Shown here in pieces: positions 23,140 through 34,945 of a DNA stretch of 64,000 nt. Position 1 is the first letter of the stretch. Every line of letters begins with the position of its first letter. Both the position numbers and the translations under genes were made by a program. Source of the stretch: Haliotis rubra (lineage: Eukaryota); NCBI RefSeq assembly GCF_003918875.1, contig NW_025765725.1, forward strand, positions 1,426,001-1,490,000, given 5' to 3'. The notes beneath the pieces are model-generated. The model ran no database searches. It saw only the letters and a list, made by a program, of their open reading frames with translations, and was not told where the DNA came from.

Positions 23140-26100
23140 TTAATAAATATAAGAGTGGCGAAGTCCATTTATAATACCTAATTTGCAACAGTCCTCTTTC
23201 GACCTGGTTTCCATGATTTGTCTGTCCGTTAGTAATTTGTCTACCCCCGAACATGCGTGCTCCTTGGACGAGGTGCCTTGCAGACAGACATCGCAAAAGT
23301 ACTTCTTGTCGGGTGGATCGAATAGGAAATGGTTTAAGTTTTTTATCAATGTGTAATGAAATTTACCGCCTTCTCGGCGAGGAATAAATGAATGCGTGGA
23401 ATCGGTGTGGGTGCAGATCAAACTCGATAGACGACGGTACCGTCATGGTCTCCGAAGACATTGATAGCCAATATGTTTTGCTTTTCTACTTTGGAGATTT
23501 GTGAAAGTGGTGTGGGTGTGTTTATTCCCACGAAATTTAAACCATAGTCTTTACTATAAGAGGAAGGACTGACGGGATTTAGGTCGATCTCAATGCCCAT
23601 ATTAAGCAGTTGCCGTCTCTGTTTTTACATTGATGAAGGCGTTCTTTCTTGAATAATAAGCGGGCAGTTCGAGGTAAGAGTCACTACGGAGTGGAGATGC
23701 ACTGACTACGTCCATGTCTAAACTAGTCTTTATTCATGTGAATTTAGGCCATCGGCCCATGGTACAACATTATACATTGGCAGCCTTCAAGCTGTAGCGA
23801 CGACAATTCTTAGCTTAGAAGATAAACAAGACAAGATTTCTTAAAACCAGAGGAGTAGCATTACTGATCAGTCGATTAAATTTACACAAGGTTGGATGGG
23901 TGAAAACATCTACAGGGATAAAACGTACAAATCAATAAGAAGTGGTACTCATTATTCTACATAGTTACAGGAACACATTTCACACAATCTTGATCTTTTT
24001 GGTTTCTTTATATGTCTACCAGTTTCTATATTCAGTTGGTGTGAACTACACCTGAACCTCGCTAAGGCAATACGGAATTTGTTGATAGTAATGCAATGGA
24101 GATATGGCTCAACACCCAAAATAAATTTAAATTGAGAATATAGGTCAGTTTTTGAGCCATTAGACAGCGAGGAATGCCATTCCTGTAAATATGTGTTTGG
24201 GCTCTAGATATAAATTCAGAAATAAAAAGATTTATATTAGGAATAAATTGATTTTCCCATACATATTCAAAACCCATTGTATACAATAAGTTTATTAATT
24301 TTGTTTTCTAGTTAATTTTACCATTTGAAGCATCTAACAGTAATAAATTGTAACATTTCTTAGGGAAACGTATAGAAGGCATATTTAACAGTTTGGACCA
24401 AAACATAATACAGCCTTTGTACGCAAAGATATACATAGGGTATCTCCCGAATTCGCCACGTACAACGTACAAATTCCGAAGGAGACATCACATTTCATGT
24501 GCTCAAATTTTGATAAACATTTCAAAATACAGAACAAAGCCTTGTTGTATTGTATATTAGAGCTGTCAAAATGATTATGCCATGACAATGTTTGTGAAAA
24601 TACTATTCCTAAATATCTATATGAAGAAACGCACTCAATTAATTTACCTCCTAGATACCATTTTTTGTGCTTAGTAAGGCTGCTACCATTTCTAAACCCA
24701 ACAATTTTAGATTTATTTAAGTTGACATATAGCTTATATTCCTTGCAATGCTGTTCAAGGACATTAATACGTTTTTGTAGCCCATAGATGGTGTCAGAGA
24801 GTAGAATGACAGCATCAGCAAATAGAAGGAGAAACAACTGAGTAAATTCTGGATGTAACTGTAATGGACTCAAGACACATCCTTGACGAACTCCAATATT
24901 ACAGTCGAACAACTGTGAAAAAGAATTATTGACTTTAACGCAAGATTTAACACAACCATAGATGAATTTGATGCAACCTAACATCTTGGGTGTTAATCCT
25001 TTCTGTTGCAAAACCATAATTTGATCTATTTACCAAATCAAATGCTTTCGAGAAGTCGACGAAGAAAGCATACAACTTACCCCTTTTCGATAGAATTCTC
25101 TGTGTAATAGAATGAAGAATAAAGATGTTGTCGACGGTTGAGTATCCTGTTCTAAAACCTGCCTGTCTCTCGGATATTTTAGCATAAGCTTCACTCCAAA
25201 ATTTAAGTCTGTCGTTAATCACTGCAAGTTAAAGTTTACTAGATACACCGAGAATAGTAATTCCTCTATAATTTGAAACTGAATCTCGATCTCCCTTTTT
25301 ATGAATAGGGACAATAAGAGCAACCGACCACTGAACAGGAAACACACCATTATCAAAGATCATGCTGAATAAAACTGTTAAATACGGAACAAGAAAATCA
25401 GAAGAAAACTTGAAAAATTCAGCAATTAACTTATCATCACCACCGATTTAGGGCACCTGGGGGTATTTATTGCTTTCAGAGTCAAGAATTGTTGTAACAT
25501 TAATATCCGTGGGCGGATATTTGCTATTGTAAGTAGCATTACCATCTATCGACCTAGCAGCGTCCATGTACAGAAACAGTCAAACCACTCTTGTAAAGAT
25601 ATATTGGGATGAACTACAGACGTCCCCGAAAACCTTTTGAATATGTTCCAAAAAGCTTAACTATTAAATTTTAATATTATAATTAAATTTTAATATTATA
25701 ATTAAATTTTAATATTATAATTTTATTATTTTAATAACCTCTCCCTCTCAGTTCGATAATAACTACATTCCCTATCGAACCACGTTGATCTTGGGTATTG
25801 ACTACAGAATTACTTCGTTTCGTACAATTAGCAGCTGTACATATTACATTTACCAATAAATCAACAACTTTATTAATGTTTTCAGACACAGCATCAAGAA
25901 AATTATCAAACATGTTTATACTGTCCTTGGACAATAACCTTTCTCTAAATATTTCAGCATTGGTTTCATCCCAAACAAACCGGTACTCGGCCCGCAGATG
26001 AACATCGGGATACTGCACGGGCTTAACGTGGCAGTCACGTGACTGAAACTGACACGATGACGGTAGATGGTCACTAGATACAATTACAAATTGTTTACAA

Positions 26101-27415
26101 ATTAAAAAGACAGCAGGTGATCCAATGACATAATCAATCACACTTTTACCCGAGTGACATTTTGTCGCATGAGTGTCTTTATGTATTTATTGTATGAAAG
26201 AAAGTGTCAATGTCGTCATCTCCCAAGATATCTGCAATGGTGTTGTCAATGTTGTCTGCTTCCTCGCCGGCTCTAGCCTTAAAGTCCCCACCGATAATGA
26301 CAATGGGATCACACAGGCCACATATGATATTTAACAGCGATTCAAAGAAAAATGATAAACCACATGTAAAATGTTTGGTCTTATACCACGGAAAACCAGC
26401 AGGATTGATGTATGCGAGTATAATATCCCGGTCTTGTCGAGCACAACAAAAATAGCATTGTCAATTATTTTCACAGATTTCACATTACGATCAGAAAAAC
26501 ATTTGCTAACAAAGAGCACTAAACTGCCAGAGAGTCGTCCTGTACATAATGTTTTAACTGCATAAACACAATAACACTTATAGTCAGTGAATAACGCCGA
26601 AAATCATAACGAGATGTCCATGTTTCCGTAAGTCCCATGATGTCATAAGACTTGAGAAATGTTATAAAGTTCACATCGTCACCTTTATTACAGAAGCCTG
26701 CAGTATTCTAGAATAGACAGTTGAGTAAACCTAGGATCCAGGCGTTGTGTATGGGGTCGGCCACATCCGTATCTGTTGTTGATTGTGTTGCTGTTATCTG
26801 TCTCATCTATAATAACAGAGTCAGATGTTTCTCGGGCTTGAGAGTCACGAAAAGGTCGCCTGTCCATCACCACTAATTTACCATTTTTGAAGAAACCATA
26901 TTTGTTTTGTTGTTTCAAAGCAGCTAACGTTTTCCACTGTTTGCTTGTGATGCACTGGAGATTCCATGCCCATTAGCTTTTAACTTGTCACGTTACTGTA
27001 AGGCACGCATGTTACACTGAGTAGATGAAAACTTGGCTAGTATAGGTCTCGTGCGATTATTTCTGTTCGATGTTTATAAACATCGATAATGTCATTGATA
27101 TGAAACGGCATGTCACTAGTGGCATGACGAGTGAGAATATCACAAACAATATTTCTACAGTTAAGATTAGTTTCATCTGGCATTTCACTCACCCGCTGAA
27201 TGAGAGTATTGTTTTTCCAGTGTAAACAGGATGTAAACACCGCCGACTTCGTTTGAGGACCATATCACATCGGGTTTCACCCACTCATATAGTTTTGCCT
27301 CGATCGTTTTGATTGATGTGTCAATGCTTTCCCTTAACAACGCGGCATCTTTCGGGGTTAAAGGCGCTAGTCTCACGATGTTGCATTGATGAATCGTTTC
27401 AGTTTGTCTAGGCAA
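23140..27415 (-). pseudogene. Second PolB-N-terminal-like ORF, split by a LINE insertion
   Basis: 27415-27232 ends ...WSSNEVGGVY and resumes at about 23722 with LDMDVVSASPLRSDSYLELP...EKQNILAINVFG...HYTLIKNL...FCDVCL, paralogous to 21257-22233. Confidence 0.6.
23723..27231 (-). mobile_element. Decayed near-full-length CR1/L2-group LINE
   Basis: ORF1 remnant (GFFKNGKLVV), APE remnant (IDYVIGS, SDHLP), RT (QAGFRTGYSTVDNIF, FVDFSKAFD, GVRQGCVLSP, LLFADA); 3' end aataaag near 23730. Confidence 0.88.
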
Positions 27416-27539
27416 TGATTCTTCGATTGTTTCTTACCATCCTACTAGAAGGAGTTCAGACCTATCGCTCGTGTATCCAGAGGATTTCGTGATGGATAGT
27501 TTGACCGAAAGATGATACCTGACGCTACCCAGATCGAAC

Positions 27540-28900
27540 AATTCCAACATAACCTGCATCCCAAACAACATGGAAAAATACATTTCGTTCTCGCTAGACG
27601 GTCTGAAATTCATTCAAAGCTATCAGTTTGTACACTCGGCACTAGAGAACCTAGTGAAGGCGAATGACCCCGATGCCTTCTATATAACCAATCGATACAC
27701 CGACGAGTCGAGTCGACTCGACTTGCTGAGGAAAGGCGTTTATCCATACGAGTACATGGACAACTGCAATTACCTCCTATGGACCGCTTTTACAGTAACT
27801 TGACCGACTCGGGTATCAGCGAGGAAGATTACTCGCACGCATTCTACGTGTGGGACAAACTGGGCTGCAAGACTTTAGGCAACTACCACGATCTGTACTT
27901 TCAAAATATTCAGAAAAACCTGCTTGATGCATTACGACTTGGATCCCGCCTGGCATTACACCAGTCCCGGTGTCTCCTGGGATGCCTTGTTGAAGAAGAT
28001 CAGCATCGAATTGACTACGACATGCAAACCGACCAAACACAATCTCTACCTCGACGCAAAGAACCTGTATGGCTGACGCATGAGCAAGCCTTTAATCACT
28101 GGCGGATTCGGGTGGACGACCGATGGTGACACGATCATCGCTCCACATTCGAACATCAACTACATACTAAAAGTGGACTTGGACAATTGCACAGACTTAT
28201 ATCGGCCACACATCAGCTACCCGCTGGCTCCCAAGAGGTTGGCGGTGAATCAATACTGGCTGTCCGACTACAAACGAAACTTGCTGGGCAAAAAAGTAAA
28301 ACTGGCAAAGATCAAAAACCTTGTGCCCAACTTGATGGACAAGAAAAAGTACAGTGTGCACTACAGAAACCTGCAGCTGTACATGTCGTTGGGAATGAAG
28401 CTGAAGAAAATACACCAAGCGCTACCATTTGATTGTGCTGTACACGGACACGGATTCGCTGCTGATGGAAATTAATACCGAGGACATGGCGAAACACATC
28501 CACCTGTACGACATGAGCGATTATCCCAAAAGAGCATCCGCTGCGCACGCAAGTCAACAAGAAGGTACTTGGAAAAATGAAAGACAAATGCGCAGGCACG
28601 CCGATCATGGAATGCGTTGGCTTGAGACCCAAAATGTTTTCGATCAAGAAAGCAGACAACAATGAAATGAGAAGGCGAATGGCGTGAATAAATAGGTGGT
28701 GAAAAAACATATCAAGCACGATCGATTCAAGGGGGGCCCTGTTCGAGAAACGGACCTTCAAACACGTAATGAACATGCTGAGAAGCGATAAACACATGAT
28801 ATACGGTGTGAGAGTTAACAAGACGTCGCTGTCCCTCCTTTACACGAAAAGATGGAATGCCGACGTTGGCGTCACGACTTACGCGTGCGGACATCGACAT
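27540..28900 (+). pseudogene. Polinton/Maverick-type protein-primed PolB relic 2 (C-terminal two-thirds)
   Basis: IPNNMEKYISF, LRKGVYPYEYMD, YHDLY, YLDAKNLYG, YPLAP, KNLVPNLMDKKKY..HYRNLQLY, LYTDTDSL, LRPKMFS; multiple indels. Confidence 0.92.
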
Positions 28901-28928
28901 ATCAAACATACATACAAAAATCATCAAA

Positions 28929-29820
28929 TATGAATTGAGAAAATTTACTACAGCCCACGCGGATACTGTAAAGGCAAGGGTGACATCCCAAAACTCGCCA
29001 AAGCCGCCAGAGTTTCCAAAGACGTTGCTAAAGCTTGGCTTAAAAAACAAGCCCTCTTGCAAGTCTACCTGCCGGTACCCCTGTACATTCTGAGAAGAAA
29101 ATTTGATGTTTCCATACCGAATCGAGTGCATCAAGCCGACCTCTGGTTTCTGCCACACGATAGTGTGAGACGTAAAACGTACAAGTATGCCCTGACATAG
29201 AAGCCAAACTGTTGACAACGAAAGATTCGACCGAAGGCACCAAAGCACTGGCCTGCCGAGCGGCAAGTCGATCCCGGACGCGAGTTAATGGGAGCCGTGT
29301 CGCAGCTGCTGGCCAAGCACAAAGTCCAGGTCAAACGAGGCACGGTTGGAGCGCATCGTAGTCAAGCCATAGTTGAGAGATTCAACCGCACGAGCGACTG
29401 TTCACACATCAGTACGCAAAGATTTGATCACTCCCGAGACAAGATCTACGAAATGGGTTGTACGTTTGCCTCAAGTGGTGTCAGCCATCAACAACGAAGT
29501 CACTAGACTCGAAGGCAAGAGACCCGTCAAAGCCATCAAAATGAAATCTATCATTGCCGAATCGTCCGCACCACCTACACGTCGTACAAAAGAGAAAAAA
29601 ATTACCTGACCGGGTCATTGTTTGGTATTTGCACCAGCCAGATGAACATGACGGAGATAGCAGAAAACGTGCTACGGATCCAATATGGTTGATGACAGCG
29701 TACAACATCGACCGAGCTGATATCAAAGACGATGAACTATATCTGTATTATCTCAATGACGGGCTGGACCAAGGATTCGTGCGAGAGGAATTACAGGTTG
29801 TACCTCACTCAAAATCGTAA
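28929..29820 (+). pseudogene. Polinton-type retroviral-like (rve/DDE) integrase relic
   Basis: HQADL (D1), QVDPGREL (D2), SQAIVERFNRT (E), KWVVRLPQVVSAINN, KRATDPIW, GFVREELQVV; frameshifted. Confidence 0.88.
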
Positions 29821-30328
29821 TCTGATGGTCTTATGGTGTTAGGCAAGACCGTCAGTGTGGTTGGATAGTAAGTTATTAGTCTGCCTTTGTCATTCCAGAA
29901 TGTTGTAGCTTGTCCCACACGAACTTCAAAACCAGCATTTGAATCGCGTTCGTCTCTTACTATACACTTAAATGTCTCTTCTGCAAACGCTAATGTTACA
30001 GCGTAGTGAGGATTCACTTCTTACGCTCTCTCTAGACTTTCATTTGCCCCAATAACCCTCCTTTTTTAACCAAAACGTTTTACCTTCGTGCTTACTCCAG
30101 CCAAATATGCGTATTGTTTGTCCTGCTGTCGCTGATATTTCTACTCCCTTAAAAATACAGCATCATGACAACATGACGTCATACAAATGTCAACAACAAA
30201 CATCACGGCAAACATTGCAAAGCACGCCTGTCCATAACAATCACCAAACCATTTTCTCATTCTGACCAAAGTCGTAGATTCTACTTCCTACACAATTACC
30301 CCCTGTACTTCTTAATTCATTTACATTT

Positions 30329-30467
30329 GGGCAGTGGTGGGGTAGCCTAGTGATTAAGCGCTCGCTCGTCACGCCGAAGACCTGGGTTCGATTCTCCACA
30401 TGTTCCACGCCGTGATATTGCTGGGATATTGCTAAAAGCGGGGTAAAGCTAAACTCACTCACTCATT
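30329..30467 (+). mobile_element. SINE family A, (ACTC)n tail, internally deleted
   Basis: Homology to 17662-17833. Confidence 0.85.
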
Positions 30468-31456
30468 CATATTTGAAACTTGTGACAGTTATCATAAAAC
30501 GTCTACGCAACACTTGATTATCTTAAACATTTTATCATATCTGTGATCACTGCGAAATATTGACGATGTCAGGTGTTCATGTGCAAATATGGAATCTTTA
30601 TCTGATGACAGAATTGAGTCGCAATTGACTCTGAATTTTGATATGGATATAGAAAGGGTTTTGATGCTTTTATATTCATTCATGTTCAGATACATAATTT
30701 TGTATACTGATATCACTCACCACGCTGCTGAAATGTGTATGGTGTCCAGTGGTGCGACATTTTCTACTGATCGTTTTAAAGGAAGGTTTTGCTTGCGCAA
30801 GTCATGAATAAAATCTGTCATTTAAATTCAAGCAGCAAAACCATTTCCAATGGCTTTGAATAGGGTTAAACAGACCTATCCATGAATAACAAGACAAGGA
30901 TCATGCAATTCTTGTATATTGCTTAACTCAATCTGTCGTTATTACCAAGGTCCTGTAGTAGTGCACACAATAGTATGTTTTCGTATTCTAGGACACATAG
31001 TATTCAATCACGTTTTTTAATGATGTAAATTAGGAAACATTCAACTCCTAATATAGTACAGGCAGCTGCGATGCCTGATAAACACAGGACCCAGACACTC
31101 CTCAAGTTACTCAGGTCAACCTTCGTCATTGCAGGTACTTGATCCTTGCGTTTTGTGCCATACCATTTCTTCCCCCAAGCTTCCAGCAGACCGTTATCAT
31201 ACAGGCGAATGAGTCTGAAAACAGTAACATGTACATTTGTAAACCTGCTTAAGATTTGACGTGGATGCTTCTTGGGGTTTACGTTTTTTTTAATTGTTGG
31301 TGTTTTTTTCTTTTGTTACTTTTCTATTTGTTCCAGCCGCTTATTTTTATGGATGTTTTGACGTAACAACTTTGTACTTCACTGCCAAATGGTTTCTTAT
31401 GTTTATGTCTTCTTAGATCATTTAATCATGAACACAGAATTATGAAGACAGCTATA

Positions 31457-31711
31457 GGGTCCGTAAGTAGGTCACGGATTTCACGAGACCGGTGACAAAC
31501 AACGTACACTTGGTCCGGGCTAGTAAAGTCACATTTAGCGATTGCGCAATTTGGATCCAGAACTTGCTCTTGTCACCGGAAATTTGGTACTGGTCACCGG
31601 AAATTTGGTATAGGAAGTAAGCTGTGCACTGTGTAGCAAGTTGGCACGCGCAAAGGGAGAAAGGGAACCAGCTTAGTACCGGAAGTAGTGCCTCGCGAGA
31701 CTTACAGGCCC
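31457..31711. mobile_element. Small MITE in IR-B intron 10
   Basis: ta|gggtccgtaagt ... acttacaggccc|ta imperfect TIRs; internal duplicated gtcaccggaaatttggta. Confidence 0.6.
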
Positions 31712-32949
31712 TATTACGAAATAGATCACTAATGTTAAGGAATCATATCACTAGATAATAATATTTATTTCTGAATATTATTGAAATATGAAAACGTGCT
31801 TTTGTACTCACTTATCTGAAAATAACTCCGCAAGAGGTGAATTAAGAGAAAAGGGCAGGCTTAGATAGTTCAGACCAGAGTTGCATTTCATCCTTCGTAG
31901 GTTATTGACTGTTTTTGCCATGAAATCAGTCTTGACTGAACCGGTTATGTATGCGTAGTAGCCAGACTGTAGCAGCATCTTATAATATAAATCCTCGTTC
32001 AGAGAGTCTTGGATGTTTGCAGATCGGGTGTCCAGCACCTTAGTCCAGATTTTCTTACTTACACTGTCGTTATTATCCTGAAACCGTTTAGAAAGCATAT
32101 TTATTATAAATCAACTGCCAAAGGTAGTTTGGGGAAATGGGACTTAAATAGCTTGGTAATTATCGACATGATTAGTAAAAACGTATAGTACATACCTCCA
32201 CGGGTGCAGTTCTCACAGGGAGGACATGCATGAGCATAAAGGCAATACAATTACGCACTTTCCAAAGCGGTTGTGCTACTAACCTTGTACATATCTTCAT
32301 AAGATGATCCTTTAAGGAAACAAATCTTGAAATCCGCATGTTCTGCAAGCTCTTCCATTGTATTGAAGGGTATCTTTTCCTTTGCCACCGAGATAGTTGC
32401 AAACAGATTACCTGCGTAAACGGCGGCAATGGTGATGCAAAACAACCACCAGCTTGCCAAGAATATGCGGCCAGATATGCTCTGTGGCAGATGCAGGGAT
32501 CCTGTGAAGCAGAGGCTTCCAGTTATTTTATTTACCACTCAAAAAATATAATTGCCACTCGTTTGTATTTCCATATATTAACTATATGATATGAAAACAT
32601 GTTTTAACTTCTTGCTTTAACACTGATGACAAAGGAATGTCTTCAAGCTCTAGTGCCAGCACCACTTTCAAAGGGTGCTCTTTGCATATGTATAACATCG
32701 AAGGCCTCATTAAAGCTTTCATGAGGTTTTATGGTGCACATGTGAAGGACATTTTAAAATTTTACGCATCAGTGATAAAACCATTTTTTTCAGGTGTACG
32801 ATTGACTAGCCTTCGTAATTGTTTAAGATGGCTGCCACCGATGTTGTTGGATACATTCAATACATTTAACAGTGATTCATAAACGCTTATTCAGGAGTTA
32901 GAATCTGACAATCGGCTCTGCTTATTGTAGTTTACATTTTACATCACAT

Positions 32950-33702
32950 CTGCAATATTAAAGCCATATAGCTATGAAAATAAGGTAATCAATATAAAAT
33001 ATCTGTCGACAAAGGACAATAAAACCAACTAGACTATCACATATATATATAATTAAAACTAGTGATTAAATCTAACATACTTTAACTATAGAGGACAATA
33101 CAATATAAAAAACAGGCTATAGATCGCCAACAGCTGAAGGTAGATCACCATCAGGGGACCATGGGGACTTACAGTACCTTTCCTACCTGCATGGACCCTA
33201 GCTGGAATTACAATATCCCTTCAGCCAGTGGCGATTGTAGGAAATATTTAGCCAAACTTTAAAAGAACAAAAATACTACGTTTTAAACTGTGGTAAGTTT
33301 AACTTTAGCTTTGAAAGTTTTGGGGCTTACCTATCCTCTTATGAGGACAATAATTTCACGATACTTTAACCCCCTTCGAGGATACAGCCACTAAAAATCG
33401 CAGTTGCTAATTTATATTACCATGTTTAAAATACCATTTATCTATTTACAAAACATATTATTCAAAGTGTATCAAGTACTTCTGTTTCCTTTAAAAATTC
33501 AATAATTAAATGATAATTAATATTATATAAAAGATCCTTAACTGTTTTGACATCGAAATATGTATCCCTTGTGATGGAAAAATCAATACAGTCAAGCAGA
33601 ACATGCTTATAGGGTTTTATTTCATGTAATTTATTTTTACCTACCTGTGTGTCCCACTTCTTCTGCATCAGATCACGGATGTAAGTTCTAATGCTAGCTT
33701 TG
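32950..33702 (-). mobile_element. Nimb/I LINE 3' fragment in IR-B intron 8
   Basis: IRDLMQKKWDTQVG shared with the 58176 ORF, followed by KHVLLDC C-terminus and a 3' UTR matching 13043-13289. Confidence 0.88.
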
Positions 33703-33891
33703 TTGTAAAGCCAGTTGAAATAACATATTTTATAGATTCCAGCATAATTCCAGCATAATCAAGTAATTGAGGACCCCATTCTTTTTGGGATGTACGAAAG
33801 CATTAATTATTTCCTGCCGCCAGACCAACGATAATATGTATTCGCTGATCCAACGTTGACAGTCGACATTGTCCTCAACTCTGAATTATAG

Positions 33892-34945
33892 TGTGTATAA
33901 TGTGTTTCGTATTATACATATGTGGGTTTAATATTCTCATCCAGACTAAATTGGTCAACAGCCTGTAAAATTTGTATACCAGTTATTCAAAAAGAATTCT
34001 TTTATTTCTTTCAAACTGCTTGTACCATCTTTGAGTGTAAGATTTTACGGGTTCTTTTATATGGGTCCAAAATATTTTCACTGTATAGAAAAGGTTCATG
34101 CATCATATTATAAATGCTTCTTAAATTTGGGAAAGTATGCTTTAAATAAGGCTGTATTAGGGGAAACTGGTCGTTGTAAATATATTTGTTCTCACTAGAT
34201 TAAGAGTAATAACATTTTGGCAGAATGTATTAAAAATGGTTTCTTATAGGTACCCTAGGCAAAGTTATATTTTCCTAAAGTTACAAAATGATATTGGCAA
34301 GATTAATTGGGCATCAGAAGTTAGAAAGTTACTTTTCTCGACTCGTTTGTCTCAAGTGTGGATTTCACAAGAGGTTGGAAATGAATGTAATATTTTATGT
34401 TTTTATGCAACGTCTTCAGGACATTCCCTTCCAAGAATGGTCTATGTCTATAAATAATTCAAGTTTTTAGAACACTATTCTTCTTATAAATCTGTGTTAA
34501 AAGCCGAGTTTTATAATACGAATCTACAAGACAAATCGTTAATACGGGCGTTGTGTCAATTTAGAATTGGCTTCCATGATTTTAGAATTCACTATTTACG
34601 CAAACCCACTAGAGCTTTCAGTGATGATAATGACTCCATCTGTAAAAATTGTAATACAGGTAATATTGAAAGTGAATTTCATGTATTATTTGTGTGTACC
34701 AAGTATTCAGATTTACGAAGTAAGTATTTATCATTTGTATCAGCACCTGTGAGGGATAAACAAATATTGTCCAGTCTGTTAAATTCTAAGAATATTGATA
34801 TTACCAAACAAATATATTTAAAACATGTCTTCAATGCAAGAACTTTCACCACCACCACCACCACCACTACCACCACATGCATTTAATAGTAGCAAGTGTG
34901 TTTGTACTATAGACCTTTAGGCCAGAAATACTGAATAAAAATAAA
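33892..34945 (+). mobile_element. 5'-truncated CR1/L2-group LINE in IR-B intron 8
   Basis: TSD tctgaatta(t/c)ag at 33880 and 34946; C-terminal CKNC...ESEFHVLFVC Zn motif; aataaa tail. Confidence 0.82.

Noticed and set aside
25661-25722. 19-bp AT-only triple repeat inside the LINE
   Set aside because: Local slippage at a deletion scar; no evidence of function.
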